Shown: positions 49,552 to 59,612, numbered from the stretch's first letter. The stretch is DNA of 64,000 bases from Bdellovibrionales bacterium (GCA_050246815.1 JBFWVI010000001.1:3433-67432), one strand, 5' to 3'. Made by a program: numbers and translations. Notes: a model not told the origin generated them from the sequence alone.

Positions 49552-49737
49552 TTAAGATTTTTTCAGTCGTCGCCGGATTCGAGCTTTTGTTCTTTCGGCT
49601 GCCAATTTTACGCGCAAGTTCCAGGACTCGCAATCGCCCCGGCCGGTCAATCGCTTGTGACGGCACTTTTCTTTTATTTCTTCGCGCGGAGAAAAGGTTG
49701 CTGCATAAAGAGAGCCGAGTTCTGCGGCGGAGGTCAT
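49552..49737 (-). CDS. Possible small basic hypothetical protein
   Basis: MTSAAELG...RRRLKKS fills an intergenic gap; no recognisable motif. Confidence 0.25.
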   Translation of the reverse strand: MTSAAELGSLYAATFSPREEIKEKCRHKRLTGRGDCESWNLRVKLAAERTKARIRRRLKKS

Positions 49738-49788
49738 GAGAACTGTATTCGAGACGGTTGGCTGATGCAAGACCGCGCTAGATCTTGC

Positions 49789-50649
49789 TTAGAATGGGAA
49801 AAATAATTTTCCGAAGATTGAAAGCATATGGCCAATTTCACGAATCAATTCTGGTCCCACGGTTATTGCCACGTATCCGATCCAGAGGACTCCGCCGGTC
49901 CACACTACATTCTGGCCGATTCGAATTGTCTTTTCGACGCCATTTTCCGTTGCGGTGACCTTCAAAACTTTTATCATAAAATCACTTTTTGTGACGTCAC
50001 CAACAATTAATATTTGATCTGTTTGGGCGTTCGAGTTTTCCACCAAACTTCTAATAATGTCTTTGGATTGATCAAAAAAATCGTGATCAGTTCGAATGGG
50101 GCAATCAAGGCCTGTCTGCGCGCAATTTAAGATGTGGCTGATGCGAGCGTTATTGTAGCTGCCAAAGCTTTTAAATTCGAAATTTGTCCATCGCCCAGGA
50201 TTAAAGCTTGCAGCCAAAGATGCGGCGATCTCAGGGGTCTTCTGAAATTTAAATGCCAAACCGCTGGGCAATCGTGTGGCCTCCGTGACCTGCAAATAGG
50301 CGAGGGGGGGTGCCGAGCTCTGGATCAGGAGTGCAATATTTCGCCAGTCATCCTTTGCGGAAACCGCTGGCGCTTCAAAGTCCTCGCCGTGAGCCGCCAA
50401 AATTTTTCCATCCGCGATGATATACATTTTGCCATCGGTATTGAAGCCAACAACAACGTCACCAGGTTCAAGTAGCTCACTTACTTTCGGATTTTCGGCC
50501 TTAATTAACGCAAGATCGCATACTTTAGGATTAGTTCCTGCGGCTGGCTGGGGGGCCGCAAAGGATTGGCTCACAAGGGTATTCGCGGCCATTAGACAAA
50601 TACCAAAGCGGAAAGTATTTCTTTTTAGTGAGCTTGTGATGCTTCTCAT
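49789..50649 (-). CDS. Exported hypothetical protein with a C-terminal hydrophobic helix
   Basis: GAGGG RBS, signal peptide ending SFA, CDLAL after the cleavage site, hydrophobic C-terminal segment. Confidence 0.6.
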   Translation of the reverse strand: MRSITSSLKRNTFRFGICLMAANTLVSQSFAAPQPAAGTNPKVCDLALIKAENPKVSELLEPGDVVVGFNTDGKMYIIADGKILAAHGEDFEAPAVSAKDDWRNIALLIQSSAPPLAYLQVTEATRLPSGLAFKFQKTPEIAASLAASFNPGRWTNFEFKSFGSYNNARISHILNCAQTGLDCPIRTDHDFFDQSKDIIRSLVENSNAQTDQILIVGDVTKSDFMIKVLKVTATENGVEKTIRIGQNVVWTGGVLWIGYVAITVGPELIREIGHMLSIFGKLFFPF

Positions 50650-50713
50650 TGAGTTTCCCTCTTGGTCTATCAAATAAAATTAATTAACGTCCATTTCGCG
50701 CAGAGCCACTTTA

Positions 50714-51055
50714 TCAAGGCTTGTGTTCCAGAACGATTTTTTCTGTCTCAGCGCCGCCGCGCGCGCATTCGATTTTCAGATTGATTTTGTCTGCCGTGAT
50801 CAATTCGGCCAGCTGCTCGGGAGATAAACCAACTGATTGGATTGCTTGACTTGAAATAAATAAAGTCGGCTTTCCTTCGGCTGCCGTTTCAACGACCAGC
50901 ATTTGTTCTTTCGAAAGACCTAGAACCTTTGTGATGGTCGTGCCGTCGCCGTAATAAACACATTTGTTCAGAGGTATTAAGGCAACATCCGCTGCTGAAT
51001 TTGTGGCTGCAAGGCTGAGGACAAAAGCGACGAATGTAGAGATTGGATTTATCAT
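50714..51055 (-). CDS. Small secreted hypothetical protein
   Basis: GAGGTG RBS; signal peptide; two Cys. Confidence 0.65.
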   Translation of the reverse strand: MINPISTFVAFVLSLAATNSAADVALIPLNKCVYYGDGTTITKVLGLSKEQMLVVETAAEGKPTLFISSQAIQSVGLSPEQLAELITADKINLKIECARGGAETEKIVLEHKP

Positions 51056-51140
51056 TTTTTCACCTCTGTGCGAGTTTTAGTCACTGCACCCGCAAGTCAT
51101 TCAACGTGAGAGGGCAATGAGTCATGAGAAGCTGCAGACT

Positions 51141-51156
51141 TGCAAAGCGCAAGCCA
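51141..51156 (-). promoter_or_regulatory. Sigma54-like promoter
   Basis: TGGCTT-N5-TTGCA upstream of 51055. Confidence 0.5.
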
Positions 51157-51203
51157 GTGAAGTCGCGCGTGATGGCGCTTAGGATGAAGGCGTCGGGTTT
51201 TGT

Positions 51204-52052
51204 TTACGGCTTCATGCAGTTCTCGCCTAGTGTTGCAGTCATGCCGGGTTTGATTTTGACTGAACACGTGCGAGTCTGATCAGATACCCGAATAAAATGC
51301 ACATCCACTTGATCCGCGGCTTGGGGGATGTCCAAACTGACCCAGTGCTGTGTCATGGGGGCCAAATAGCGCGTTTTGATTTGAAAGCCGTCTTCTTCAT
51401 AGTTCACCGGCGTTGACCGATTCACTTCGCGGCCCGATCCCGCCACAATCGCGTTGACCCCGCCAAAATCCACCAAGGTGCTGATGTGATCATGCCCCAA
51501 AAGAACGGCGGTTAAACGCTCGATGTTTTTCTTAAAGAAAGCACGCAGGCAGCGTTGAAACTTTTCTTTGCCACGCCAATCATGGCCGGCATTCAAATTA
51601 AAAGTGGGGTGGTGGTAAACCAAAAATACCAATTTTTCGGTGACTTTCTCAATCTCTTCATCAAGCCAAGCACATTGTAGCTCAGCATTTTCGACATTGT
51701 CAGAGTTCAGAACAAGAAAGCGCGCGCCATTTTTTTCAGTGGAAAAGAATTCGCCGGGCATACCAAAATAATGAATTTCATTTTGATAACCTTTGTGATG
51801 GTTGCCTAAGGCCACCACGTCAAAGCGAAAACCCTCTCTTTTCCAGCGATCCCAGGTCCAGTTGTAGCGGCCGAAGTACAGATTGTCGCCGGGCAAGATC
51901 AAGGATTGGACTCTTTCAAGCCCTATAGAATCGCGCAGGTTGTCCAGATCTGTGCCTGTTAAGCCAGCATCACCAATAACCGCCATTCTGGCATCGGCAA
52001 AAACCGACGGACTGCAAAGAATAAGTGATAGCCAAACAAGCAAACGCGCCAT
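51204..52052 (-). CDS. Exported calcineurin-like metallophosphoesterase
   Basis: GDAG, GDNLY, GNHH, HHP, GHDH; signal peptide from ATG 52052. Confidence 0.85.
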   Translation of the reverse strand: MARLLVWLSLILCSPSVFADARMAVIGDAGLTGTDLDNLRDSIGLERVQSLILPGDNLYFGRYNWTWDRWKREGFRFDVVALGNHHKGYQNEIHYFGMPGEFFSTEKNGARFLVLNSDNVENAELQCAWLDEEIEKVTEKLVFLVYHHPTFNLNAGHDWRGKEKFQRCLRAFFKKNIERLTAVLLGHDHISTLVDFGGVNAIVAGSGREVNRSTPVNYEEDGFQIKTRYLAPMTQHWVSLDIPQAADQVDVHFIRVSDQTRTCSVKIKPGMTATLGENCMKP

Positions 52053-52149
52053 AACCCCTCCCCAGGAAGTCACCTCCAACTTCAGCGCGAGAGGACTTAG
52101 TTGTAAAGAGGAACTTAGACAGGATTTGGTTTGTTTAAAAAATGAAGAA

Positions 52150-52605
52150 CTATTTTCGCCCCTCAGTTTTGGGGCGTTTCACTTTCTTCTGGATTAAATG
52201 AGCACCCAGCACAAGCGGTAATGCCAGCCCAATCGCCCAATGTGCCAAGCTTGTCAGCTCCCGAAGTCGTTCATGAGAGACATAATAAAGCGCAACACCC
52301 GACAGCGACAAAAAAGCGTAAATCGCGTAAAGCGAAGCTCCGCTGCGGCGCTTATGCCGGCTGCGCCATTGCGGAATCACATGCAAGCCCGTCAAAGTGC
52401 CAAGTAAAAAAATCGAAAAGGCGGCCAGCCAACCATGCAGCTGTAAAACCTTGGCTTGTCCAGTCCAGCGCGAAGCGCCGAATTCATTTTCAAGGCGAAC
52501 CCAGTTTTCCAAAACCAGCCAAACCAGTCCGCTCAGCAAAAGGGCGATTAAAACGCCGACGGCGCTCCAGAGCCAAACTTTAAGGGATTTCGAGGTCTTT
52601 ACCAC
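52150..52605 (-). CDS. Four-TM membrane protein with His residues in the helices (cytochrome b-like)
   Basis: LHGW, LHV, AHW and AHL histidines in hydrophobic helices; last gene of the flavinylation operon. Confidence 0.65.
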   Translation of the reverse strand: MVKTSKSLKVWLWSAVGVLIALLLSGLVWLVLENWVRLENEFGASRWTGQAKVLQLHGWLAAFSIFLLGTLTGLHVIPQWRSRHKRRSGASLYAIYAFLSLSGVALYYVSHERLRELTSLAHWAIGLALPLVLGAHLIQKKVKRPKTEGRK

Positions 52606-53339
52606 CCGATGACTTCTGCTGGATTTTGGGAGGCCATGTCAAAAACAATCGCCCGGGCTGAATATTTGTTTAGGACTTCACCTTTTTGCGACCCCAAGCC
52701 AGCCACCACTTTGGTTAAGCCATCAGCCAATGCACAGGTTGGGGCCACAACACTAATCAAGGTTTCATTTGCAGAGGTTGAAATCCCGCGACTGGCGAAA
52801 CGCTCACGCGAGGCATTTTGCAGGGATTGGGGTTTGGTCAAAGATGTGGCCAATGCCCCTTCTATGAGTTCAATTTCAGCTAAGGGTTGTGGACTTAAGG
52901 GGGATGCAATGGGGATCTTTTGCAAGCGTGGTCCGAAGGCCCTTAGATCGCCACCGGCATTCACCAAACCTTGTTTCACCCCAGCGGCCTTTAAAAAGTC
53001 GACGGCCTGATCCACGGCGTAGCCTTTGGCAATGCCGCCTAAATCCAATTTATTGTTGGTGAAGGGGCAAAAAGAGCCATGGGAATTTTTAAAAAGATCG
53101 CGGGTGATGGCCAAAAGATTTTCACTCCAGGTGAAAGCGTCGGGGTTCATTTTTTCATTCAAGGAATGCAGCCAATTGCCTGGACGAAAAAAACTGGCCT
53201 CGCGGTCGATTTCCTCAATTAGCGAAAAAGCCTGGGTGATCAAGGGGTGTGCAGATTCTTCATCAAGCCCCTCAACCGTGATCGTGATGTAGGTGCCCAA
53301 AATTGGGCGTCGTCTATGGATTTTGTTTTGCGGGATCAT
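52599..53339 (-). CDS. apbE: FAD:protein FMN transferase
   Basis: DLGGIAKGYAVD, NAGGDL, ALATS, ADGLTK. Confidence 0.88.
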   Translation of the reverse strand: MIPQNKIHRRRPILGTYITITVEGLDEESAHPLITQAFSLIEEIDREASFFRPGNWLHSLNEKMNPDAFTWSENLLAITRDLFKNSHGSFCPFTNNKLDLGGIAKGYAVDQAVDFLKAAGVKQGLVNAGGDLRAFGPRLQKIPIASPLSPQPLAEIELIEGALATSLTKPQSLQNASRERFASRGISTSANETLISVVAPTCALADGLTKVVAGLGSQKGEVLNKYSARAIVFDMASQNPAEVIGW

Positions 53340-53874
53340 AGTTTTTCAACATATGCTGATAAAGCGACAACAGACGCTTTGCGCCTTCAGCCAGGTGACG
53401 GCAAGAAAGCGTCGCGCCCGAAATATTTTTGATGCTTTGATTAAATTGAATGCTTTCCACCGAATTTTTACCAACAAACTGCTCGCGCCATTTGGCATCA
53501 CGCACTTCATCGCCATAGCTTTCGCGGTACTCTAGGATTTCAATTCCCAGGACTTTGCCACTTTTGTCGATCGCCATTGCGTAGAGGATATCTTCGTGCT
53601 TACCTAAAACGCGGTCCAATATAAACCAATCGTCTTCGTTCGAGCGCCAAAGGCGGGGTTGAATTTTAGGCCAACGGACTCCGCTTTCTTGCGCCACCAA
53701 AGCCCGAGTGACTTCGGGCAAGGCCAGAACCACTTCGCTTAATGTTTTTTGCGGCAAAAGAACATTTTGCGCCTGCTCTAGACTTAAGTAAGTTTCGGCG
53801 CCTGAGGCCGGTTGGGTGAAACCCGCGGCAATTGGAATTAAGAAAGTGGCTTGCGCGTAAGGCTTAAAATTCAT
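53314..53874 (-). CDS. Exported FMN-binding domain protein
   Basis: ISGATLS flavinylation motif; EILEYRESYG.EV; start ATG 53874. Confidence 0.82.
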   Translation of the reverse strand: MNFKPYAQATFLIPIAAGFTQPASGAETYLSLEQAQNVLLPQKTLSEVVLALPEVTRALVAQESGVRWPKIQPRLWRSNEDDWFILDRVLGKHEDILYAMAIDKSGKVLGIEILEYRESYGDEVRDAKWREQFVGKNSVESIQFNQSIKNISGATLSCRHLAEGAKRLLSLYQHMLKNYDPAKQNP

Positions 53875-53878
53875 GGCG

Positions 53879-54748
53879 TCACAGGGTCCAAGCCATAACC
53901 AAGCGGGTTTCATGCACTTCGTGTTCACTTAGGTGCAAGTTGTGTCGGCGGGAATGGTCATCCATCCAACCGTAAACTTGCGGCAAAAATGTCAAAGTCG
54001 CCCAAAAGTGCTTTTTTGCGTAGTGAATGTTTGGGCCTAAAAAAAGCGCATAGTGTTCAATGGGAAATTCGGTGTCAGGATACTCCGAGTGGTAGCGGGC
54101 TTCAAGCCCGGCCATCCAATTTGAGCGCAAGCGGTAAGAAAGTCCTGTGGTGGCTTCCACCGCCAATTCGCTGGCGAAATCGTCCTCGCCCTCGAAGCGG
54201 CGCCATTCCCACTCGGGCGAGAAGTTGAAGGCAAAAATTAAAGTGTCATCCATAAAGTTTTTTTGGAATAAAACCTTAAATTCGAAAGAGTACTCTTGCT
54301 GACGTTGGCCGGTGATTTTGAACACCGTTGAGTAGCCAGGCTCAAAGTAAAGTGAAAGTCCATACGGGTTTTGGTACGGGCTTTTTAAGTTGTGAACAGC
54401 GGCAAACTGCACGCCTTGAAAGTTGAAGGATTCACGATTGGCGTACTCGGGGTCACCATTTTCATCGGTGGGTGCGGCATTTTCAATCTTGTGGTAGCTT
54501 TGATTTAGATACATGGCCACAGCGGTTTTGTCGGTCCAGCCGTACTCAATTTCTTGGCGGATATCCAAGGCGCGATATTTGCCCGCGCCTTTGTTGGCGC
54601 GGTAAGTGGTCCAACTGTAAACTTCAAGGGCCCCTTTAGGGAAAGGCTCGGCCGTGTAGCTGTAGCCGAAGATTTTTTCGCCAGCAAAAGTGGGACAAGT
54701 CAGGGTCGTCGCGGCAATCAAAAACAAGACTGAAAGTAAGCGAAGCAT
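53879..54748 (-). CDS. Probable outer-membrane beta-barrel protein (DUF6662-like)
   Basis: Signal peptide; FGYSYTAE..PKG..E, EIEYG.TD; alternating beta strands; ends AWTL. Confidence 0.65.
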   Translation of the reverse strand: MLRLLSVLFLIAATTLTCPTFAGEKIFGYSYTAEPFPKGALEVYSWTTYRANKGAGKYRALDIRQEIEYGWTDKTAVAMYLNQSYHKIENAAPTDENGDPEYANRESFNFQGVQFAAVHNLKSPYQNPYGLSLYFEPGYSTVFKITGQRQQEYSFEFKVLFQKNFMDDTLIFAFNFSPEWEWRRFEGEDDFASELAVEATTGLSYRLRSNWMAGLEARYHSEYPDTEFPIEHYALFLGPNIHYAKKHFWATLTFLPQVYGWMDDHSRRHNLHLSEHEVHETRLVMAWTL

Positions 54749-54893
54749 CGGGGTCCTTTCAATTGGGTAACTTGGCTAACAGAAGTACGAATTGTGATTG
54801 GCAAAGTCAAAGAACCGGCCTAAACGACGAAGGTCGAAAATCTATTAAAAAGGTAAGGAAAACCAAATGAGAATGCGAGACGAAATGTCCCGC

Positions 54894-55994
54894 CTAAACG
54901 TTGAACCTAAACAGCATGATGTCACCGTCTTGGACAATGTAATCTTTGCCTTCCGAGCGATAACGGCCGGCCTCTTTGACCGCCGCTTCGGTTTTGTATT
55001 TGAAGAGGTCATCGCAGTGATAAGTTTCAGCGCGAATAAAACCGCGTTCAAAATCCGAGTGGATCACGCCAGCCGCACCAGGGGCCTTGGTGCCGCGTTC
55101 AATGGTCCAAGCCCGCACTTCTTTTTCGCCGGCGGTGAAGTAGGTGATTAAGTTTAAAAGTTTGTAAGATTCGCGAATCAGGCGGCTTAAGCCCGACTCC
55201 TCAACGCCCATGGATTTTAGAAATTCCACGCGTTCTTCCGGGGCCAGTTGGGCAATCTCGGCCTCCATCGCGCTGCAAATCATGAGGCTCTGATTACCTT
55301 CAGACTGCGCACGAGCTTTGACCTTGTCGACCAAATCCGATTTGCCACTTTGAAACTCAGCTTCGCCCACATTGCAAACGTAAAGCACCGGCTTGCTGGT
55401 CAGCAGATGCAGTTCTTTTAAAATTGGCATTTCGGCTTCTTCAACCGGCACGGTGCGGGCCGGTTTTCCGGCCTGAAGTGCATCGTAAAGCTTTTTGCAG
55501 ATGCTGAATTCGACTTTGATTTTAGCGTCTTTGGTCGATTGGGCAATTTTCTCGATCTTTTTGTAGCGCTTTTCGACGGAGTCCAGGTCAGCCAGCATCA
55601 GTTCGGTGTTGATCACGTCGATGTCGCGAATGGGGTCCACATGGCCTGAAACGTGAATGACGTTGGGGTCCTCAAAACAGCGCACCACATGCACGATGGC
55701 ATTGGTTTCACGGATGTTAGCCAAAAATTTATTTCCCAAGCCTTCGCCTTGGCTGGCGCCGGCCACAAGTCCCGCGATGTCCACAAACTCCATGACCGTC
55801 GGTACGGTTTGCTGAGGTTTGACGAAAGCGGTGATTTGGTCCAAACGTGAATCGGGCACGGTCACCACCCCGACGTTGGGATCAATGGTGCAAAACGGAT
55901 AATTGGCGGCTTCTGCTTTTGCGGAGGTCAAAGCATTAAAGAGAGTGCTTTTGCCGACGTTGGGAAGTCCGACGATGCCACATTGTAAAGCCAT
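54894..55994 (-). CDS. ychF: Redox-regulated ATPase YchF
   Basis: [25 protein letters not shown] domain. Confidence 0.97.
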   Translation of the reverse strand: MALQCGIVGLPNVGKSTLFNALTSAKAEAANYPFCTIDPNVGVVTVPDSRLDQITAFVKPQQTVPTVMEFVDIAGLVAGASQGEGLGNKFLANIRETNAIVHVVRCFEDPNVIHVSGHVDPIRDIDVINTELMLADLDSVEKRYKKIEKIAQSTKDAKIKVEFSICKKLYDALQAGKPARTVPVEEAEMPILKELHLLTSKPVLYVCNVGEAEFQSGKSDLVDKVKARAQSEGNQSLMICSAMEAEIAQLAPEERVEFLKSMGVEESGLSRLIRESYKLLNLITYFTAGEKEVRAWTIERGTKAPGAAGVIHSDFERGFIRAETYHCDDLFKYKTEAAVKEAGRYRSEGKDYIVQDGDIMLFRFNV

Positions 55995-56000
55995 TTTCAG

Positions 56001-56582
56001 TTATCCTTTCGCGGCCGCGTTGAATTGATTGGCGGCGCGTTCGGTGCCGTTTTTAATCCAGTATTCGATCGCATCCAAACCGTCACCTAAGAACTGCGCA
56101 AGCTTGTCCGCGGGCTCAGTGAAGTTTGCCAAAACGTAATCCGCAATGCTGTGCCGGGGATCGGCCGGACGACCCACACCCATTTTAAGGCGGGCATAAT
56201 CATCCGAGCCCAAAATTTGATGGATGTTTTTGATGCCATTTTGCCCGCCAGGGCCACGTCGGATGTGAAAACGAAATTCACCAAATGGCAAATCCACGTC
56301 GTCATGCACCACCAGCAGATCAGGTCGTTCGATACGGTAAAAGCTCATGATGGGATGGACTGCCTCGCCAGATCGGTTCATGTAAGTCTGCGGTTTTACC
56401 AAAAGCAGATCTTGGCCCTGCCACTTCAATTTGCAGATTTGTGCTTTAAATTGAGTTTCAGTTTTAAAGCTTGAGCCGGGACTGAGCTGCTCAAGCAGCC
56501 CATCCATCATCAAAAAGCCCACATTGTGGCGATTGAGAATATATTTTTGACCGGGATTGCCCAAGCCGACGATGAGTTTCAC
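56001..56582 (-). CDS. pth: Peptidyl-tRNA hydrolase
   Basis: GLGNPG, RHNVGF, KPQTYMN.SG, HDD.DL. Confidence 0.96.
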   Translation of the reverse strand: MKLIVGLGNPGQKYILNRHNVGFLMMDGLLEQLSPGSSFKTETQFKAQICKLKWQGQDLLLVKPQTYMNRSGEAVHPIMSFYRIERPDLLVVHDDVDLPFGEFRFHIRRGPGGQNGIKNIHQILGSDDYARLKMGVGRPADPRHSIADYVLANFTEPADKLAQFLGDGLDAIEYWIKNGTERAANQFNAAAKG

Positions 56583-56611
56583 CGGGTGCTCTCCCTAAGC
56601 GGCAAAAAGGA

Positions 56612-57325
56612 TTACTTCTTTTCGGCTTTCTTGTCGCCACCAGCAGCCGGGGCCGCCGCAGCCGGGGCTGCGCCAGGAGCCGCCGCAGGAGCGCCAGCAG
56701 CCGGGGCTGCGCCAGGAGCCGCTGCCGCATCCGCCGCTGCCACAGGAGCCGCTGCCACGATTTCTTCGACGATTGCACAGTTGGCTATGGTCTCTTGCGG
56801 CGAGGTGATCAGCTTGACGCCCTCTGGGAAGGTCACATCCGAAACGTGCATGCTTTCATTTAAGCCCATGCCGCTGACATTAACTTCAAAGAACTCCGGG
56901 ATTGCCGTCGGCAAACATTCCACTTCGACGTCGCGGCGGATGGCGTTGAACACGCCGCCTTCACCAACGCCTAAAGCTTTGCCGGTGAAGCGAAGTTCCA
57001 CGTTCACGCGCACGTTCTTGGCCATGTCCAGTGCGTAAAAGTCCAAGTGGACGGGCTTACGGCTTAAGGGGTGGATGGTCAAAGCCTTACGCAGCACCTT
57101 GATGCCGTTTAAAGCTTTGTCTTCGGATTTAAAAGTGAAGATGGTGTTTTCAAAACCACGTTTGCTGTAGCGAACGGCGTCCAGTTCGAACAACGACAAG
57201 TTGAGCGGTTTGGTTTTGGGTCCATAGACCACGGCCGGGATTTGTTGTTCTTTGCGCGCGCTGCGCGAAAAGTGCTTACCGCTGGTGCGGGGTTTTACTT
57301 CGATTGTTAAATTCTGCTGTGCCAT
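56612..57325 (-). CDS. rplY: 50S ribosomal protein L25/general stress protein Ctc
   Basis: IPAVVYG, HLDF, beta domain; Ala/Pro/Gly tail; prs-rplY-pth-ychF order. Confidence 0.93.
   Translation of the reverse strand: MAQQNLTIEVKPRTSGKHFSRSARKEQQIPAVVYGPKTKPLNLSLFELDAVRYSKRGFENTIFTFKSEDKALNGIKVLRKALTIHPLSRKPVHLDFYALDMAKNVRVNVELRFTGKALGVGEGGVFNAIRRDVEVECLPTAIPEFFEVNVSGMGLNESMHVSDVTFPEGVKLITSPQETIANCAIVEEIVAAAPVAAADAAAAPGAAPAAGAPAAAPGAAPAAAAPAAGGDKKAEKK
56658..56722. repeat. 26-bp direct repeat, period 39 bp, in the rplY tail
   Basis: GCAGCCGGGGCTGCGCCAGGAGCCGC at 56658 and 56697. Confidence 0.8.
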
Positions 57326-57343
57326 CTTTTGTCTCCCAAAAAA

Positions 57344-58294
57344 CTATTGATCATCAAATAAAGCGCTTACTGAGTCGTAGGTGTAAATCCGGCGAATCGC
57401 TTCTGCCACCACCGGGGCCATCGAAACCACAGTAAATTTGTCGCTGTTTTTGGCCGCTTCCTTCAAAGGAATCGTGTCCGTCACCCACACCCTTTCGACG
57501 CCGCTTTCTTGTAAGCGGGTGATCGCCGGGCCCGAAAGCACGGGGTGGGTGGCAACAGCAAACACACGTTTTGCCCCATTTTTAAGCAGACTGTCAACAG
57601 CCTGAGTCAAAGTGCCGGCAGTGTCGATCATGTCGTCCAAAATAATGGCATCTTTACCTTTTACGTCACCGATCAGGTGATAGGCCTTGGCCTCGTTGGG
57701 GCCAGTTCGGCGCTTATCGATAATGGCAATGGGGCATTCAATGCGTTTGGCAAAGGCTCGGACCCGCTCCACCCCCCCGGCATCGGGGCTCACACAGACG
57801 AATTGATCGCCATGCCCCATGGATTCGCGCCAGGCGCGGGCCAGGGTGGGAATGGCAAATAAGTGGTCCACAGGGCCGTTAAAGAAGCCCTGGATCTGAG
57901 AGGAGTGCAAATCAACCACCACCAGGCGGTTGGCGCCTGCCGTGTGGCAGAGCTCGGCCACACATTTGGCGCTAATCGGGGCGCGTGGGGCAACCTTTCG
58001 ATCTTGGCGGGCATAGCCGTAATAGGGCATGACCAGAGTGATTTCTGCCGCCGATGCACGCTTAAAAGCATCCAAGATCAGAAAAAGCTCCATGTAGTTT
58101 TCATTGACCGGCGGGGAGGTGCTCTGAATCAGAAAAATGCTGCAACCGCGAACACTTTCATGAATCTCCACGCGGACTTCGCCGTCGGCAAAACGACCGA
58201 TGTCGCAGTGGCCAAGCTCAACTCCGGCCGCCTGAGCGACTTTTCGAGCAAAATCTACATTCGAATTACCGGAGAAAATTTTCATGCGCTTCAT
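57344..58294 (-). CDS. prs: Ribose-phosphate pyrophosphokinase
   Basis: FADGE, PYYGYARQDRK, SPDAGG, DDMIDTAGT. Confidence 0.97.
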   Translation of the reverse strand: MKRMKIFSGNSNVDFARKVAQAAGVELGHCDIGRFADGEVRVEIHESVRGCSIFLIQSTSPPVNENYMELFLILDAFKRASAAEITLVMPYYGYARQDRKVAPRAPISAKCVAELCHTAGANRLVVVDLHSSQIQGFFNGPVDHLFAIPTLARAWRESMGHGDQFVCVSPDAGGVERVRAFAKRIECPIAIIDKRRTGPNEAKAYHLIGDVKGKDAIILDDMIDTAGTLTQAVDSLLKNGAKRVFAVATHPVLSGPAITRLQESGVERVWVTDTIPLKEAAKNSDKFTVVSMAPVVAEAIRRIYTYDSVSALFDDQ

Positions 58295-58425
58295 GGGTGC
58301 GAAAGTCTTAATCGATTGGGTGGGTAAAGTCCACTTTTGTCGAAGGATGACTTGAATTTGAAATCTACAGTATCTGGGGTCGCTAAGGTTGACTTTTTAC
58401 GGGGTCCGTTAAGTATACTTTCGGC

Positions 58426-58830
58426 ATGGAAATGCCAGCAACCCAATGGGACGTCAAACAAGAGAAAAATTGGGCCGTCATGGTCGTTGAGGGCCGTTTG
58501 GACTCATTTAATTTTGACCCTTTTTGCCGCCAGCTGAATGAATTGGTGCAGTCGGGGCGCAATCGGATTGCCCTGGATCTGTCGGGTGCCCGTTTTTTAA
58601 GCTTACCCAGCATCAAATACCTCACCACCTTTGCCGAAGAACTTGAAAAAGCCGGCGGCAATTTCGCTCTTTTAGCGGCCTCTGAAAAGTTAAAGCGTCA
58701 AATCGATGTGTATGCCACCTTGAACCCAATGAAGGTGGTTCGTAATCTTGAACAGCTGCACAATTGGGATCCTCAGGTTTCGCCGCTTCGCTCACCGGCG
58801 GTTCCATCTAAAGCTCACGCTGAAGTTTAG
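58426..58830 (+). CDS. STAS-domain (anti-sigma factor antagonist-like) protein
   Basis: VEGRLD, IALDLSG..FL, GGNFAL; own TATACT -10 element. Confidence 0.75.
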   Translation: MEMPATQWDVKQEKNWAVMVVEGRLDSFNFDPFCRQLNELVQSGRNRIALDLSGARFLSLPSIKYLTTFAEELEKAGGNFALLAASEKLKRQIDVYATLNPMKVVRNLEQLHNWDPQVSPLRSPAVPSKAHAEV

Positions 58831-58837
58831 AGCGGTT

Positions 58838-59515
58838 ATGCCGCTGCTTTTTTTTGTGCTTTTGGCGGTGATGTTCTTTGGTACAAACGCCAAGGCCGCA
58901 GACTTTTCAGGTCATGCTGGCGCCACTTTGACTGGGGCGGCCGCCAGTATTTTGATGCACGAAAGCGGTCATGCCTTGGCCGCCAAAGCCGTCGGGTGGC
59001 AAATTGTGGCCTTCAAACCTTATCCGACGAAGCTCAAAATTCCTTTAAAAGAGGGTGGCGCCAAAGAAGTTTGGGCCGGGGGCTTGGTGCATTTTCTTCC
59101 CTCAGAGCCAGCCGCAAGCCCTGAACGGCGGGGCCACCAGGCCTGGGTTTCGGCGATGGGCAGTGTGGGGAATAGTTTGGCGGTTTTAGCCTTAGCTCCG
59201 TTGCTACCCGAGTTGGGTGGTTTTGGGGCCATGGCTTTGAATGACGCCATGATCATGTCCACTTTTGATTGGCCGGCCTATGCGCTGATCGACAGTTTGG
59301 TTTATTGGAAACTTTTGAAGGGCACGCCTTACAATGATTGGCATCAGGTGTCCTTGAACACGGGAATCGCCACGCCTTGGTATTTCTTGGCGGGGATGGG
59401 AGTCAGTTTTCTGCTGAACCAATACCATCGATATTGGCAAAATGAAGCGGCAGAGCGAGGGGCTTTGCCGACGGAGTTTCGCACCAACATAGTCGGCGCG
59501 AAGTTTTTGTTTTAG
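58838..59515 (+). CDS. Membrane zinc metalloprotease (M50-like)
   Basis: HESGH in a hydrophobic helix; several TM segments; start ATG 58838. Confidence 0.6.
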   Translation: MPLLFFVLLAVMFFGTNAKAADFSGHAGATLTGAAASILMHESGHALAAKAVGWQIVAFKPYPTKLKIPLKEGGAKEVWAGGLVHFLPSEPAASPERRGHQAWVSAMGSVGNSLAVLALAPLLPELGGFGAMALNDAMIMSTFDWPAYALIDSLVYWKLLKGTPYNDWHQVSLNTGIATPWYFLAGMGVSFLLNQYHRYWQNEAAERGALPTEFRTNIVGAKFLF

Positions 59516-59612
59516 TAACGGCACAAGGGTTGAAATAACCCTTTGCATCTGTAAAAACAATCCCAGGAGCAGAAAGTCGCTCTTCTGCACTCAGTTTAAA
59601 AAGTAGTTGGCT

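Noticed and set aside
58295..58425. tRNA-Gln, often found upstream of prs
   Set aside because: No cloverleaf or GTTCGA T-loop; the region holds only promoter-like elements
59520..59600. CGGCAC-N5-TTGAA sigma54-like site and two small hairpins
   Set aside because: No downstream gene on that strand; more simply terminator hairpins between convergent genes
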